DNA of 32,000 nt from an uncultured archaeon (GTDB taxonomy: Archaea > Asgardarchaeota > Thorarchaeia > Thorarchaeales > Thorarchaeaceae), in contig CAYHAA010000001.1 of NCBI GenBank assembly GCA_964354495.1, positions 1-32,000 on the forward strand, written 5' to 3'. Within the stretch, counting starts at the first letter, position 1; the number at the start of each line of letters is the position of its first letter. The translations under genes were made by a program, and so were the position numbers. Of this stretch, positions 1 through 8,494 are shown piece by piece. Below the pieces are notes generated by a model. That model had not been told where the DNA came from, searched no databases, and saw nothing but the letters and a program-made list of their open reading frames with translations.

Positions 1-3000
1 CTCACCAGCACCTCTGCCTTGAGTATTAAAGCCTCAAGTAGATTCGCTCTGAATGAAGCACTGCGCGGGACCTCCGGTTCTATCATCTCAATGTATTTGT
101 CAATGGTCTCCAGTGCCTGTTGTGACATTCCACCCTCTCGAAGCTCTTGTGCCTCTCTTTTCATTCGACCATATTCAACTGCAGCCGAGAAGGGATCTAG
201 TGGTGGCCTTGTGGAGACCTCTTCTACGGCTCTCCACCCTCTCTCCTTGGCAATATTCTTGAGGACACCTGATAGTGACTCTCTCACCTCCTCAGGAGAC
301 TCTATCTCGTACCCCTCCGACCTCGCTATTCGGTCTACGCCTTCTGTCAGTCTCTCAAACGCCTCGTCAGGGGTCGTTTCTTCACTGACCCTGATGGAGC
401 CATAGTCACGCCGCACTGAATCAGGGCTTCTTCTCTCTACACAATACCTCACAAGGTCACCTTCACCATGTAGCTCGACACTATACAGGTTCTCAGGCCT
501 ATATCCCTGACTTCTCAACATCCCCTTGACATGCTCTCTCAGTAAGTTCTGGTCCATGATTTTTCGGGATGAGAAGGTCTTGCTGATAGACGTGATGATG
601 GCATCTGTCATATTCTCTAGACTCGCAGCTCGAAACAGAGGTATGGTGAAGGACTGCCCTCTGTAGGTTGCTCCTGTGGTGTCGGACCTTGCACTCCATG
701 TGATGTGGTCCCTCTGGAATTCAATTGAGACAATCCATCGTTCCTCTCTTTTCAACAGGTAGGAGCCTGGCAGATGAAGTTCTTTGAGAGCCTTGGGCAC
801 AATCTCCCTGTAGGCTTGAACCAGGAAAATGCTCTCTCTAAACTCTCGTGGAAGATGGTCAACCTCAGGGACCTTGAACTCGTGAATCACCCACTTGTCC
901 GCATCATTGTAGACCAGAGCACCAGTCTTCAGGAGGGTGGCTAGGGCAGGACCACTCAGCGCAACGCGCTCAAGGTGTTTCACCCCCTCCGGTAGGCCCT
1001 CATCAGCCTTCAGCATGACTCTCCAGCACACACCATGACGAAAGACTGACTCGCTCAGGATTGCATCAGGCTGCCCCAGTTGGCCCTCAATCCTTTGGAG
1101 ATACTCTGAGACATCTACACCACCTTGTTCATCCATCCGTCGTTTCAATTCATCCTCTGAAACTAGGCAGAGAGGACATGTCCCTCGGTCATGCAGGACA
1201 GAGAGCTCTAGACCGACTCTCTTCTCGATCCCGATGAACTGCTCAGCAGTCGCCGGAAGACTCAGGTCTTCGGTCTTGAAGGGCTCTCTTCTCTCAACCC
1301 ACGGTCTCAGAATGTTAGCATCATCCATGTATTCAATGTCCTTGAACCTATTCCATATCAGCTCATGCTCGCCAATGATCACCTGTTCGCACTGAAAGTC
1401 TGGTCTTCTCAATATCTCAAGCAAATCGATAGTGCGCTTGATCAACAGATGGGCCATCTCTTCGTTCTTCGCAGGTCTGAGAAAAGAGACCCTGAACATC
1501 TGTTCCCTGGTGTCCACCGATACCTGACATCTTGCAGCCTCACACCTTCTGAAGACTGCAGAGAGAGTTCCAAGACCGACTTCCACGATGTCCCCTAGAT
1601 CTGATGGTGGTGCTCTGACCTTATGTGCCATGATTTCTTCGAGGTCAGCATCCTCTCTCAGAGTCATAGACATCAGGAGAGTAACTCCCTCGCTCCTGCG
1701 TGTGTAGTAGTCCAGTTGTCCGATAGGCATCCAGGTATTCTTCGCTTTATCGTGGATCCAGAGCCCCCTCACGTTTCTATATGTAGCAACCAAGATATCC
1801 ACGCTGTCATCCAGATTGACGGTGTCAGATAGTATACCCAGACGTGTCAGATCCGACTCTCCCCAGAAGGGCTTCTCTCGACACAATCCCCTGAGAGCCT
1901 CTACGATTGAATCCTCCTTTTCGGAGGACAGTCGAATAGAGATAGTGTTCATATCATGACTGCCTGGTCTTGCTTGGAATAGCAGTAACAAAGAGGCTGG
2001 TCTTCCCTTCTCCTCCACGAATGCTGCCTTTCCAAAATGAATATCATGGACCTCTTTGCTCTTGTATAGGTTCTGCAGGGCTTCAGCGCGTCTAGCCAGT
2101 CTGTCGATGAGCTGAGGCCGATGAAGGACTGACTCGCCAGTCTGGTGGGGAAGAGGGTACTCTGGCTCAAATCCCAGAGCTATGAGTTGCCAAGGCATAA
2201 GGTACTCCCAGAGTTTTTGAGTGACAGCCCTCGGAAACTCTAATGATTGTGCTGGACGGAGTGCAGCAAGAAGAATGAGGAAGAGCTGATTACCCATGAC
2301 TAGGAGTAGGTCTGGATGTTGAGACATCAGCTGTTTCAGAACCACATCCTGGTCTGGAGAGAGTCCCTGGGGAGCCCGTGTTCGAAAGACCTTTAGATGC
2401 GCCCAGATCCCTTTACTCAGAGAGTGTGTCTCAAGAACCATTCTCACAGCCCTCAGAGGGCTGAATACGTCTATTGAGGGGGCGCGATTGGTAGTGTTTC
2501 TATGCGCAAGCTCACTGAGTGAGTCCAAGAGATTCCTCCATTCACTCTTCTCACAGTGACTCTTTCTGAGTATCTCTATGACACGCCTGATCCCACTGAG
2601 TTCTCGACTGACAATGATAGCATGGTCTCTCTGCCCATACTTCAGAAGCGCGACATGAGGCGGTCGTGTGGTCACCCTTCGAGGTTGTCCATACAGACGG
2701 GTTTCTCTGTACTCTCGTTTCTGGTTTATCTTCCCCAGTGGTTCGATAAGGGTTACCCTCCCATCATGTTCCTTCGTAGTCAGATGCTGATGTGGTGTGA
2801 AGTTCACTCTGGACAAGAAGGAAGGTGGATTTGATGGAGATGTCGGTAGTAGATTGCTAATGACAGTCTCAATTCTCTCTTGATCAGGGGAGTCTGAATT
2901 CTCCTCATAGAATCTCTGGAGGTGCGGAATTAGTTCAAGAATCGACTGCTCATCCTCCTCCTCACAAGCTCTACTCTGCACTCGTCTAGCACTTGGATAT

Positions 3001-5612
3001 GAGGATCTGAGATAGAACGTCTGTCGTCGACTGGTGTTCTCAACCCGCTTACTGTCTGGTCGAAATCTTTCACCCCACAAGTACAATGGAGGAATCAGTA
3101 TAGGAGTGATGTCGATGGCATCGGCTCGCTCAACGACCAGCCACCGCAGGTCATCCTCTATAGGAGCGTATGAACCGTATCTCATAGGAGCAGTTGGCAC
3201 ATTGTAGATGATTTCGTCCACGAGGTTCGCCCAATGACTCTCATTATAGAAGGGAGCGATACTTCGTGTGTCATAACGTTGGGCGGTGTTACTGATTGGA
3301 ACAGGTCTTTCAAACCACAACGCCGTGGAATGCTCAGGGACCTCGTTCAGAAGACGAACCATCAGTTCATCTAGCAGTGATTCTCTGTCCTTTGGGATAG
3401 TGCTTCTCACCCCGTCGATTCCGGTGACCACAATGAAAGGTCTTCTCGCGTTCTTGAGAAGACACCGTATCTCTGCGCAGATCTTACTGAGAGATGTATC
3501 CCCATAAAGATACGATGCCACAGACTCGCTCAAATCGACGAACCTAATTCTTCTTGTGAGGAGGCCCAGTACACTCTCTGGCTGTAGATTAGTCCTGAGA
3601 ACACGTCTTCTTTTCTCAGGATTTCCGTATTCTCCTGCGAGGTCAAACCAGTAGATGTCCCTGTGCTTTCCCCTCGTCCGTTCATGGATGAGTTCAAGTC
3701 CATGCCACTTGGCGGCAATTCGCGCAGCAGACTCTGAGGGGGATCCTCTTCCAGATACGGTGAGGTACAGAATGAACTCTCTATCGTCTTTCCGTTTCTC
3801 AGAAAACTGAAATGGGTCGAAATGCTTGACCTTTTTGATTGGATTGGTTTCTCTGTTTTCAATATCACTGAAGAAAACAAGCCCCAACCGGAGGGTCTTA
3901 TACTCTGGAGAGAGATGGAAATGTTCTCTCTTTGATAGTGCAGCACCTATTGATGTATGATATGCCTTCAAGATCAGCTCTTTGATGTGGTCACGAAGAG
4001 TTTCCCAATTCTCGTTCAGGTCAACAACAAGCACTCCCTTCATGAGGCTCTTGGGCGGGTCAGAGTCATGTGGTGCATATCTCCGGTATTCCTCAAGCAC
4101 GGTCTTCTCATACGCGGCGAGCTGTAAGCGTTCATACTTTGTCGGTCTCGACTCGATGACCTCATTCCATTCAGGATCTTCGGATCTACGCAGTTCCATC
4201 TCATGTTCAATGACTCTACTGCGCCTGTCCTTTGACTTTGTTAATGTTGCATACAGGTCCAGATCGAAAAAGCACGTTGACTTGACCTCGACAAGCATGC
4301 AGGGTTCCCAGATATCCTCGATATATGAGTCATCAACTCGTTGGAGTCTCTTTCTCCGAGAGAGAAGGATATCAAGGCGCCCCCTGCCATTCGCAATAGG
4401 CACCTCGCAGGAAAAGAGGAACTCAGTCTTCTCTGAAACCATCTCATCTCCATGCCTGAAAGTACTCTGAAGGTTGAAGGGTCGAGTTGTAAACTCCGCG
4501 TTGGCGATGAAGTCATGGAACGCAGAGCCTAGTTTCCGACTATGCTCCCGAAGGTCCCTTGCGATGTTTTTTGAGTCATCAGGACCCAGCAAATTGCCTT
4601 CAATGAGTGTTCTCAGTTGTTTGACCTGTTTCTTCCACTCAGGGTTCGTTCTAGTATCACATCTATCTGCAAGGTGAGGAAGAAAGGAGTCAAGGACCAT
4701 TTGACGTGGACCCCGAGAGTTAGCATCAACAAACTCCTTCTCAATAATAGTTGCCTTTGATGCCCCTTTCAGACCTTTATCATTGGAGTTCCGGATAAGC
4801 ATGATCTCTGTATTTTCATCCTTCATCGACTCTGAGATCTCTCCCGTGATTGATTGTGGGCGACCATTCACTCCTCCAAAGGTGGCACGAATCTCTAGGG
4901 TGATCTCTCTGAGTATCTTCGCACTGCCTCGTACAAATCCTGACTCTATCTTCTTCTGTTCGGTGTAGATGTATTCCAAGTGAGGAATGAGTCGTTTGAC
5001 GAGTGCATCAAGGTAAAGTCTTGCCTCTCTCAGGGGGACGGAGTACTTCATACACTGTCGGATAAGCTCTACTCCATGACTGCGAATCATATCGACAAAG
5101 TCCTGTTCTGGAGCCGTGTGTCGTGGAGCAAACTCTGGAATGCACGAGTTTCCAGGATAGACCCATCTCACTTTTCCCTGATCTGTTAGTGTCCTCATTG
5201 GTGATGGAAACGGAAACCGTTCGGCGGCCAAGTTTCTGAGCCGTGCACCATAATAGTCTGCAAGGTTGTTGATGTATTTCCTATCCTCTCTTTTCCTCTT
5301 TCTCTTAGTTTCAGCGTTGCCGTATGGGACTGATGTGTTGAAGATGATCTTGTTGAAACTTCGACGGATGTTGTTTTCGGCTCTCTGAAAGTGGACTGCA
5401 TCAGGTCTTCGAGCTCGCTTGGAACTTGAATAGCTCTCATTTGCCTCTAGATAGATCCTTCTAATCCCCTTGCATCCCTTTCCTCCCTCATAGAGATGTT
5501 TAGTGGCCTTAGTGATTCTGGATTTTGCCAGATATACTGTCGAAGAGAGCCCGAGCTGGATAGATCTGGTGAGAACCTTGCCAGGATGAGAAGGCAATCT
5601 ACTACCTATCAT
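1..5612 (-). CDS. Giant protein (>=1870 aa, runs off the left edge) with an N-terminal-third PD-(D/E)XK RecB/AddB/Cas4-like nuclease domain, a degenerate P-loop-like domain and a long uncharacterised C-terminal region
   Basis: Manual translation from ATG 5612 (MIGSRLPSHPGKVLTRS...) stays open to position 3 (...NLLEALILKAEVLV). It is absent from the ORF track, consistent with having no stop in the window; the + strand ORFs here are Ser-rich antisense shadows. Motifs: GSAFH (H366), CEVP (E403), GRLD (D414), VEVK (E442/K444), QLAAY (Q497-Y501). A TTATATAA box lies about 30 nt upstream. Confidence 0.85.
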   Translation of the reverse strand, partial: MIGSRLPSHPGKVLTRSIQLGLSSTVYLAKSRITKATKHLYEGGKGCKGIRRIYLEANESYSSSKRARRPDAVHFQRAENNIRRSFNKIIFNTSVPYGNAETKRKRKREDRKYINNLADYYGARLRNLAAERFPFPSPMRTLTDQGKVRWVYPGNSCIPEFAPRHTAPEQDFVDMIRSHGVELIRQCMKYSVPLREARLYLDALVKRLIPHLEYIYTEQKKIESGFVRGSAKILREITLEIRATFGGVNGRPQSITGEISESMKDENTEIMLIRNSNDKGLKGASKATIIEKEFVDANSRGPRQMVLDSFLPHLADRCDTRTNPEWKKQVKQLRTLIEGNLLGPDDSKNIARDLREHSRKLGSAFHDFIANAEFTTRPFNLQSTFRHGDEMVSEKTEFLFSCEVPIANGRGRLDILLSRRKRLQRVDDSYIEDIWEPCMLVEVKSTCFFDLDLYATLTKSKDRRSRVIEHEMELRRSEDPEWNEVIESRPTKYERLQLAAYEKTVLEEYRRYAPHDSDPPKSLMKGVLVVDLNENWETLRDHIKELILKAYHTSIGAALSKREHFHLSPEYKTLRLGLVFFSDIENRETNPIKKVKHFDPFQFSEKRKDDREFILYLTVSGRGSPSESAARIAAKWHGLELIHERTRGKHRDIYWFDLAGEYGNPEKRRRVLRTNLQPESVLGLLTRRIRFVDLSESVASYLYGDTSLSKICAEIRCLLKNARRPFIVVTGIDGVRSTIPKDRESLLDELMVRLLNEVPEHSTALWFERPVPISNTAQRYDTRSIAPFYNESHWANLVDEIIYNVPTAPMRYGSYAPIEDDLRWLVVERADAIDITPILIPPLYLWGERFRPDSKRVENTSRRQTFYLRSSYPSARRVQSRACEEEDEQSILELIPHLQRFYEENSDSPDQERIETVISNLLPTSPSNPPSFLSRVNFTPHQHLTTKEHDGRVTLIEPLGKINQKREYRETRLYGQPRRVTTRPPHVALLKYGQRDHAIIVSRELSGIRRVIEILRKSHCEKSEWRNLLDSLSELAHRNTTNRAPSIDVFSPLRAVRMVLETHSLSKGIWAHLKVFRTRAPQGLSPDQDVVLKQLMSQHPDLLLVMGNQLFLILLAALRPAQSLEFPRAVTQKLWEYLMPWQLIALGFEPEYPLPHQTGESVLHRPQLIDRLARRAEALQNLYKSKEVHDIHFGKAAFVEEKGRPASLLLLFQARPGSHDMNTISIRLSSEKEDSIVEALRGLCREKPFWGESDLTRLGILSDTVNLDDSVDILVATYRNVRGLWIHDKAKNTWMPIGQLDYYTRRSEGVTLLMSMTLREDADLEEIMAHKVRAPPSDLGDIVEVGLGTLSAVFRRCEAARCQVSVDTREQMFRVSFLRPAKNEEMAHLLIKRTIDLLEILRRPDFQCEQVIIGEHELIWNRFKDIEYMDDANILRPWVERREPFKTEDLSLPATAEQFIGIEKRVGLELSVLHDRGTCPLCLVSEDELKRRMDEQGGVDVSEYLQRIEGQLGQPDAILSESVFRHGVCWRVMLKADEGLPEGVKHLERVALSGPALATLLKTGALVYNDADKWVIHEFKVPEVDHLPREFRESIFLVQAYREIVPKALKELHLPGSYLLKREERWIVSIEFQRDHITWSARSDTTGATYRGQSFTIPLFRAASLENMTDAIITSISKTFSSRKIMDQNLLREHVKGMLRSQGYRPENLYSVELHGEGDLVRYCVERRSPDSVRRDYGSIRVSEETTPDEAFERLTEGVDRIARSEGYEIESPEEVRESLSGVLKNIAKERGWRAVEEVSTRPPLDPFSAAVEYGRMKREAQELREGGMSQQALETIDKYIEMIEPEVPRSASFRANLLEALILKAEVLV

Positions 5613-5641
5613 TTCTGTCCGGCACTCTATTGTTATGTTAC

Positions 5642-5649
5642 TTATATAA
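5642..5649 (-). promoter_or_regulatory. Archaeal TATA box for the giant ORF (probably a leaderless transcript)
   Basis: TTATATAA 30 nt upstream of ATG 5612 in an AT-rich intergenic region. Confidence 0.55.
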
Positions 5650-5759
5650 TATCCGTAGACTATTATCCATTTTAGACTATGCCAAAGTGGCCAAATAAAA
5701 CCAAGATATGAGGCTAAATGGGGTCAGCAGGGACTAATCTTGTTAAATACTATAAGGAG

Positions 5760-5767
5760 TTTAAATA
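5760..5767 (+). promoter_or_regulatory. Archaeal TATA box for the TnpB-like gene
   Basis: TTTAAATA preceded by a purine-rich tract (AAGGAG), 33 nt before ATG 5801; SD-like GGAG at 5789-5792. Confidence 0.5.
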
Positions 5768-5800
5768 GCATCGTAGGCACTGGTATTTGGAGAAACGACG

Positions 5801-7966
5801 ATGAAACAAGACATCCAGTGCCATTCCTGGAGGCAAGGGCAGAGGTCTACACCACAGCCAATGCAAGAGTCAATGACTGGCAAATACTATAAGGATTCGT
5901 CGCAGACGAAATATCTTGTCGAGTCGTTTATTCTAAACTCCGAAGACAGAGTTGTTTCGAGAAAAGGAGTTGGACGGAGACCACACCCATCCTTCAAAAG
6001 AAGCAGTAGACAGGATTCCATGCTCTCATCCATCCTAAGAGGAACCGGAAAGAAGGTCAAGGACATTGACCTCAGAACTCTCTCCCTTCACTTCGAGAGA
6101 TATATGCAGGCTGTGAATCTTGTCCTCTCAAAGATATACAGTAGTCCCAAGCGAGCAGCACAACTCGGAAAAGAACTATCAGAATACAATGGGAGAGCCT
6201 ATACGCTTCTCAGAAGGCAGAGAGACCTCTGTTATGAACATAATCAAGACATCAAGGATTTGGTGTACGAGAGACTTCACAGGAATGTCCTTGAGCAAGC
6301 TGGAAGGATGCTATTTGCTGACTGGTCGAGAAGAGAGCTGTTCACCTCTGCTCTGAAGGTCCTCGATGCCTCACAAGACGACACACTGACTCTTCTGAGA
6401 AGGAAGCACATTCCTGCATTTCTGATCAGGAAGGCCCGGGACTCGTGTGAGTCTACCAAGAACAATGGTGCAGGATATCATTACGCTATGGGTGTCCTCA
6501 GACAGCTCCGTCTTGCCATGGATAGGCATGTCCTTGACACTCTTGGAATCAAGATTGGATGGAGAGCAAGGCAGAGGAAGAAGGTAGCATCTCTTCTAAA
6601 GAGTGGTTCACCTGAATATCAGGGTGCAATTGATACCATAGAGTTACAGGTCAAGAGTTGGGCTAGGGATGGATATCCCTTCAGCATTCCCCAGCTCAGA
6701 AGTCAGAGTCTTGACTTCTCAGCCAGTACTGAAAACTCCACCGGGCAGGGATACTGGTTCACAATGGATGAAGAACGAGAGAACGAGATACTCCTCTATC
6801 TCAAACTCCCTCCTGGGATAGATGGTATTCAGCATGAAGATTCTCCACACAATGCAAAGACCCTCACCTTGCGCTTCCTTGACTGGCTTCCCAGTGCAAG
6901 CTCTATTGACAGGAGAAATGGCGAATTAGCCAAAGAGAAGAGTGATGTTCATCGCGCTGAGGGACTGACCTTCAGAGCAGCCAAGTTCGAGGACATGCAT
7001 CAGCAGCTTATGAACACCATTCAATTCCAGCACATTACCCACAGACTGGCAAGATTGAAGCAGAAAAAACACTCTGACTGCGAAGAGATCACGAGATTAC
7101 AGGAGAGAGTCAAACAACTGAGGAGTTCAAGGAGGAGTGCGCCCCCTCGGCTTCTTCTCAGAGGTCACAGAGTGATCCTTCAGATTCCCTTTCTCTCACC
7201 TAATGGTTCAGTGAGTTCAGCGGTTCTTGGTGAGAGGGAATACTCAACCAAGGCAGGAGCTGACAGGGGGCTTCGGGCTCCAGTGGCACTCTCTGTGGAG
7301 ACAGAGACCTCCTTCCAGGACCTCCTTATTAGAGTAGACTCCTTGGTAGAGAAGAGAGGAAGAATCAGGAGACATGCATCACAGCTCACCTCAGAGTTAA
7401 CAAGGAAGAAGAACAACTGGGATAGGAAGCGGTCAGGACAGTTATATCCAGCGCCTATACTGAAACGTGACAGACATGTCGACGCGCTGTGGAAAAAAGT
7501 ACGTCGTCTTGACCTCGAGATTGCCCGACAAGTAGCCTCTCAAACTGTGTGGTTCTGTGAGGAACACAGAGTGAAGAGGTTGTTCTTCGAGGACCTGCGG
7601 AGCTTTCAGGCTCGCGCCGGGTCAAAAGACCTGTCGTACAATCTCTCCTCAAATCTCTGGGGGCGGATCATCGACACAGTTCGCTACATGCGCGAGGCCC
7701 TTGGCCATAGCAAATACAGTGTGTGGACGGTAAGCCCGAGATATACATCTCAGACCTGTCATATGTGTGGAGAGAGAGGGTTTCGAGTAGAGGATGAGAT
7801 CTCCACCACTGAGAGAAAGGGAGGGGAGTACTTTTACTGCTCACAGTGTGATACGCACTTCCATGCTGATATCAATGCAGCACGGAACATCATTCATGTT
7901 CAGGACTCCAGTGCCGCTTCTGGAGGGACAAAGGGCATATGTCCAGGTTTGTCTAGGTTACAATAA
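5801..7966 (+). CDS. tnpB: Oversized TnpB/Cas12f-like RNA-guided RuvC endonuclease (721 aa; alternative starts at 5861 and 5873)
   Basis: RuvC-I AGADRGL (D488), bridge-helix region, RuvC-II FFEDL (E597), VSPRYTSQTCHMCG, Zn finger C653/C656/C680/C683, RuvC-III HADINAARNI (D690). N-terminal LHFERYMQAVNLVL resembles the TnpB helical region. Confidence 0.9.
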   Translation: MKQDIQCHSWRQGQRSTPQPMQESMTGKYYKDSSQTKYLVESFILNSEDRVVSRKGVGRRPHPSFKRSSRQDSMLSSILRGTGKKVKDIDLRTLSLHFERYMQAVNLVLSKIYSSPKRAAQLGKELSEYNGRAYTLLRRQRDLCYEHNQDIKDLVYERLHRNVLEQAGRMLFADWSRRELFTSALKVLDASQDDTLTLLRRKHIPAFLIRKARDSCESTKNNGAGYHYAMGVLRQLRLAMDRHVLDTLGIKIGWRARQRKKVASLLKSGSPEYQGAIDTIELQVKSWARDGYPFSIPQLRSQSLDFSASTENSTGQGYWFTMDEERENEILLYLKLPPGIDGIQHEDSPHNAKTLTLRFLDWLPSASSIDRRNGELAKEKSDVHRAEGLTFRAAKFEDMHQQLMNTIQFQHITHRLARLKQKKHSDCEEITRLQERVKQLRSSRRSAPPRLLLRGHRVILQIPFLSPNGSVSSAVLGEREYSTKAGADRGLRAPVALSVETETSFQDLLIRVDSLVEKRGRIRRHASQLTSELTRKKNNWDRKRSGQLYPAPILKRDRHVDALWKKVRRLDLEIARQVASQTVWFCEEHRVKRLFFEDLRSFQARAGSKDLSYNLSSNLWGRIIDTVRYMREALGHSKYSVWTVSPRYTSQTCHMCGERGFRVEDEISTTERKGGEYFYCSQCDTHFHADINAARNIIHVQDSSAASGGTKGICPGLSRLQ
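5814..5833 (+). repeat. Left copy of a hairpin direct repeat bracketing the TnpB-like gene
   Basis: TCCAG-TGCCATTC-CTGGA-GG; 17/20 identical to 7907-7926 with all mismatches in the loop; both copies are followed by AAGGGCA. Confidence 0.75.
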
Positions 7967-8015
7967 ACGGTATCTGAGCCGCAATTTCATCGGTCACTAG
8001 ACAGTCAATGACTCT
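7860..8015 (+). ncRNA. Candidate omegaRNA (reRNA) overlapping the tnpB 3' end; boundaries uncertain
   Basis: TnpB omegaRNAs typically overlap the 3' end of the gene (established knowledge). Visible stems: 7906-7925, GGACA/TGTCC (7926-7930 with 7940-7944) and GACAAA/TTTGTC (7927-7932 with 7948-7953). TCAC at 7994-7997 resembles an IS200/IS605 right-end tetranucleotide. Confidence 0.4.
7906..7926 (+). repeat. Right copy of the hairpin direct repeat, inside the 3' end of the TnpB-like ORF
   Basis: CTCCAG-TGCCGCTT-CTGGAG-G, 6-bp stem with 8-nt loop. Confidence 0.75.
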
Positions 8016-8494
8016 AGGTCAACTGCCTCTCGCTTGATGAGTTCGACAATCTTAGCGATTTCACTTGATAGCACGACCGGAATGTCTTGATTGCCCTGGA
8101 ATGCGTCTGAAGACCAAGTGACTATCGCCTTCACAGACTCAGGAAGTACGCTGACTTCACTCTCAGCATTGCCAACGCACCAGAGCTTTGGTACTTCGCT
8201 CTCCTTCAGTCCCTCAATGATAAGGAAGTCCGCTGTGACTCCAGAGAGCAATTCGTGCAGACTCCTTCTATCATTGTGTGTGACAGCCGAGCTGTGCGGA
8301 CCGAGAATGACCGTGGCAGTCGCGCCTGCTCGTATGTGCCTCCAGGAGTCCTTGCCCTCCGTATCATAGATCTCATGCATGGTGCTCTTTGCTGTCACCA
8401 CGACATGCCCTTGCTTAACCAGTCTCTTAACAATCTGTTCCACTAGTGTGGTCTTTCCTGTTCCAGAATATCCCGACACTGCAAAGGCTCGCAT
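7997..8494 (-). CDS. mobB: Molybdopterin-guanine dinucleotide biosynthesis protein B
   Basis: MRAFAVSGYSGTGKTTLVEQIV Walker A, DTEGKDSWRHIRAGA, DFLIIEGLK. Start moved to ATG 8494 from the track's 8575. Confidence 0.88.
   Translation of the reverse strand: MRAFAVSGYSGTGKTTLVEQIVKRLVKQGHVVVTAKSTMHEIYDTEGKDSWRHIRAGATATVILGPHSSAVTHNDRRSLHELLSGVTADFLIIEGLKESEVPKLWCVGNAESEVSVLPESVKAIVTWSSDAFQGNQDIPVVLSSEIAKIVELIKREAVDLESLTV

Larger units (their letters stand above)
5790..7997 (+). mobile_element. Possible non-autonomous IS200/IS605-like (tnpB-only) element or domesticated derivative; ends approximate
   Basis: tnpB-like gene with similar hairpins near both ends; no tnpA (Y1 or serine recombinase) in the window. 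Confidence 0.4.

Noticed and set aside
19-5189. Numerous short ORFs on both strands listed in the track
   Set aside because: They are antisense or alternate-frame shadows of the giant minus-strand ORF.
5195-5440. 81-aa minus ORF with an ATGA overlap onto ATG 5198, suggesting a two-gene arrangement
   Set aside because: The giant ORF frame stays open upstream to ATG 5612, which has a well-placed TATA box. The 81-aa ORF is an overlapping alternate frame, although a start at 5198 cannot be fully excluded.
5613-8100. CRISPR array or tracrRNA next to the Cas12-like gene
   Set aside because: No regularly spaced 25-40-nt repeats are visible; only isolated repeat pairs are present.
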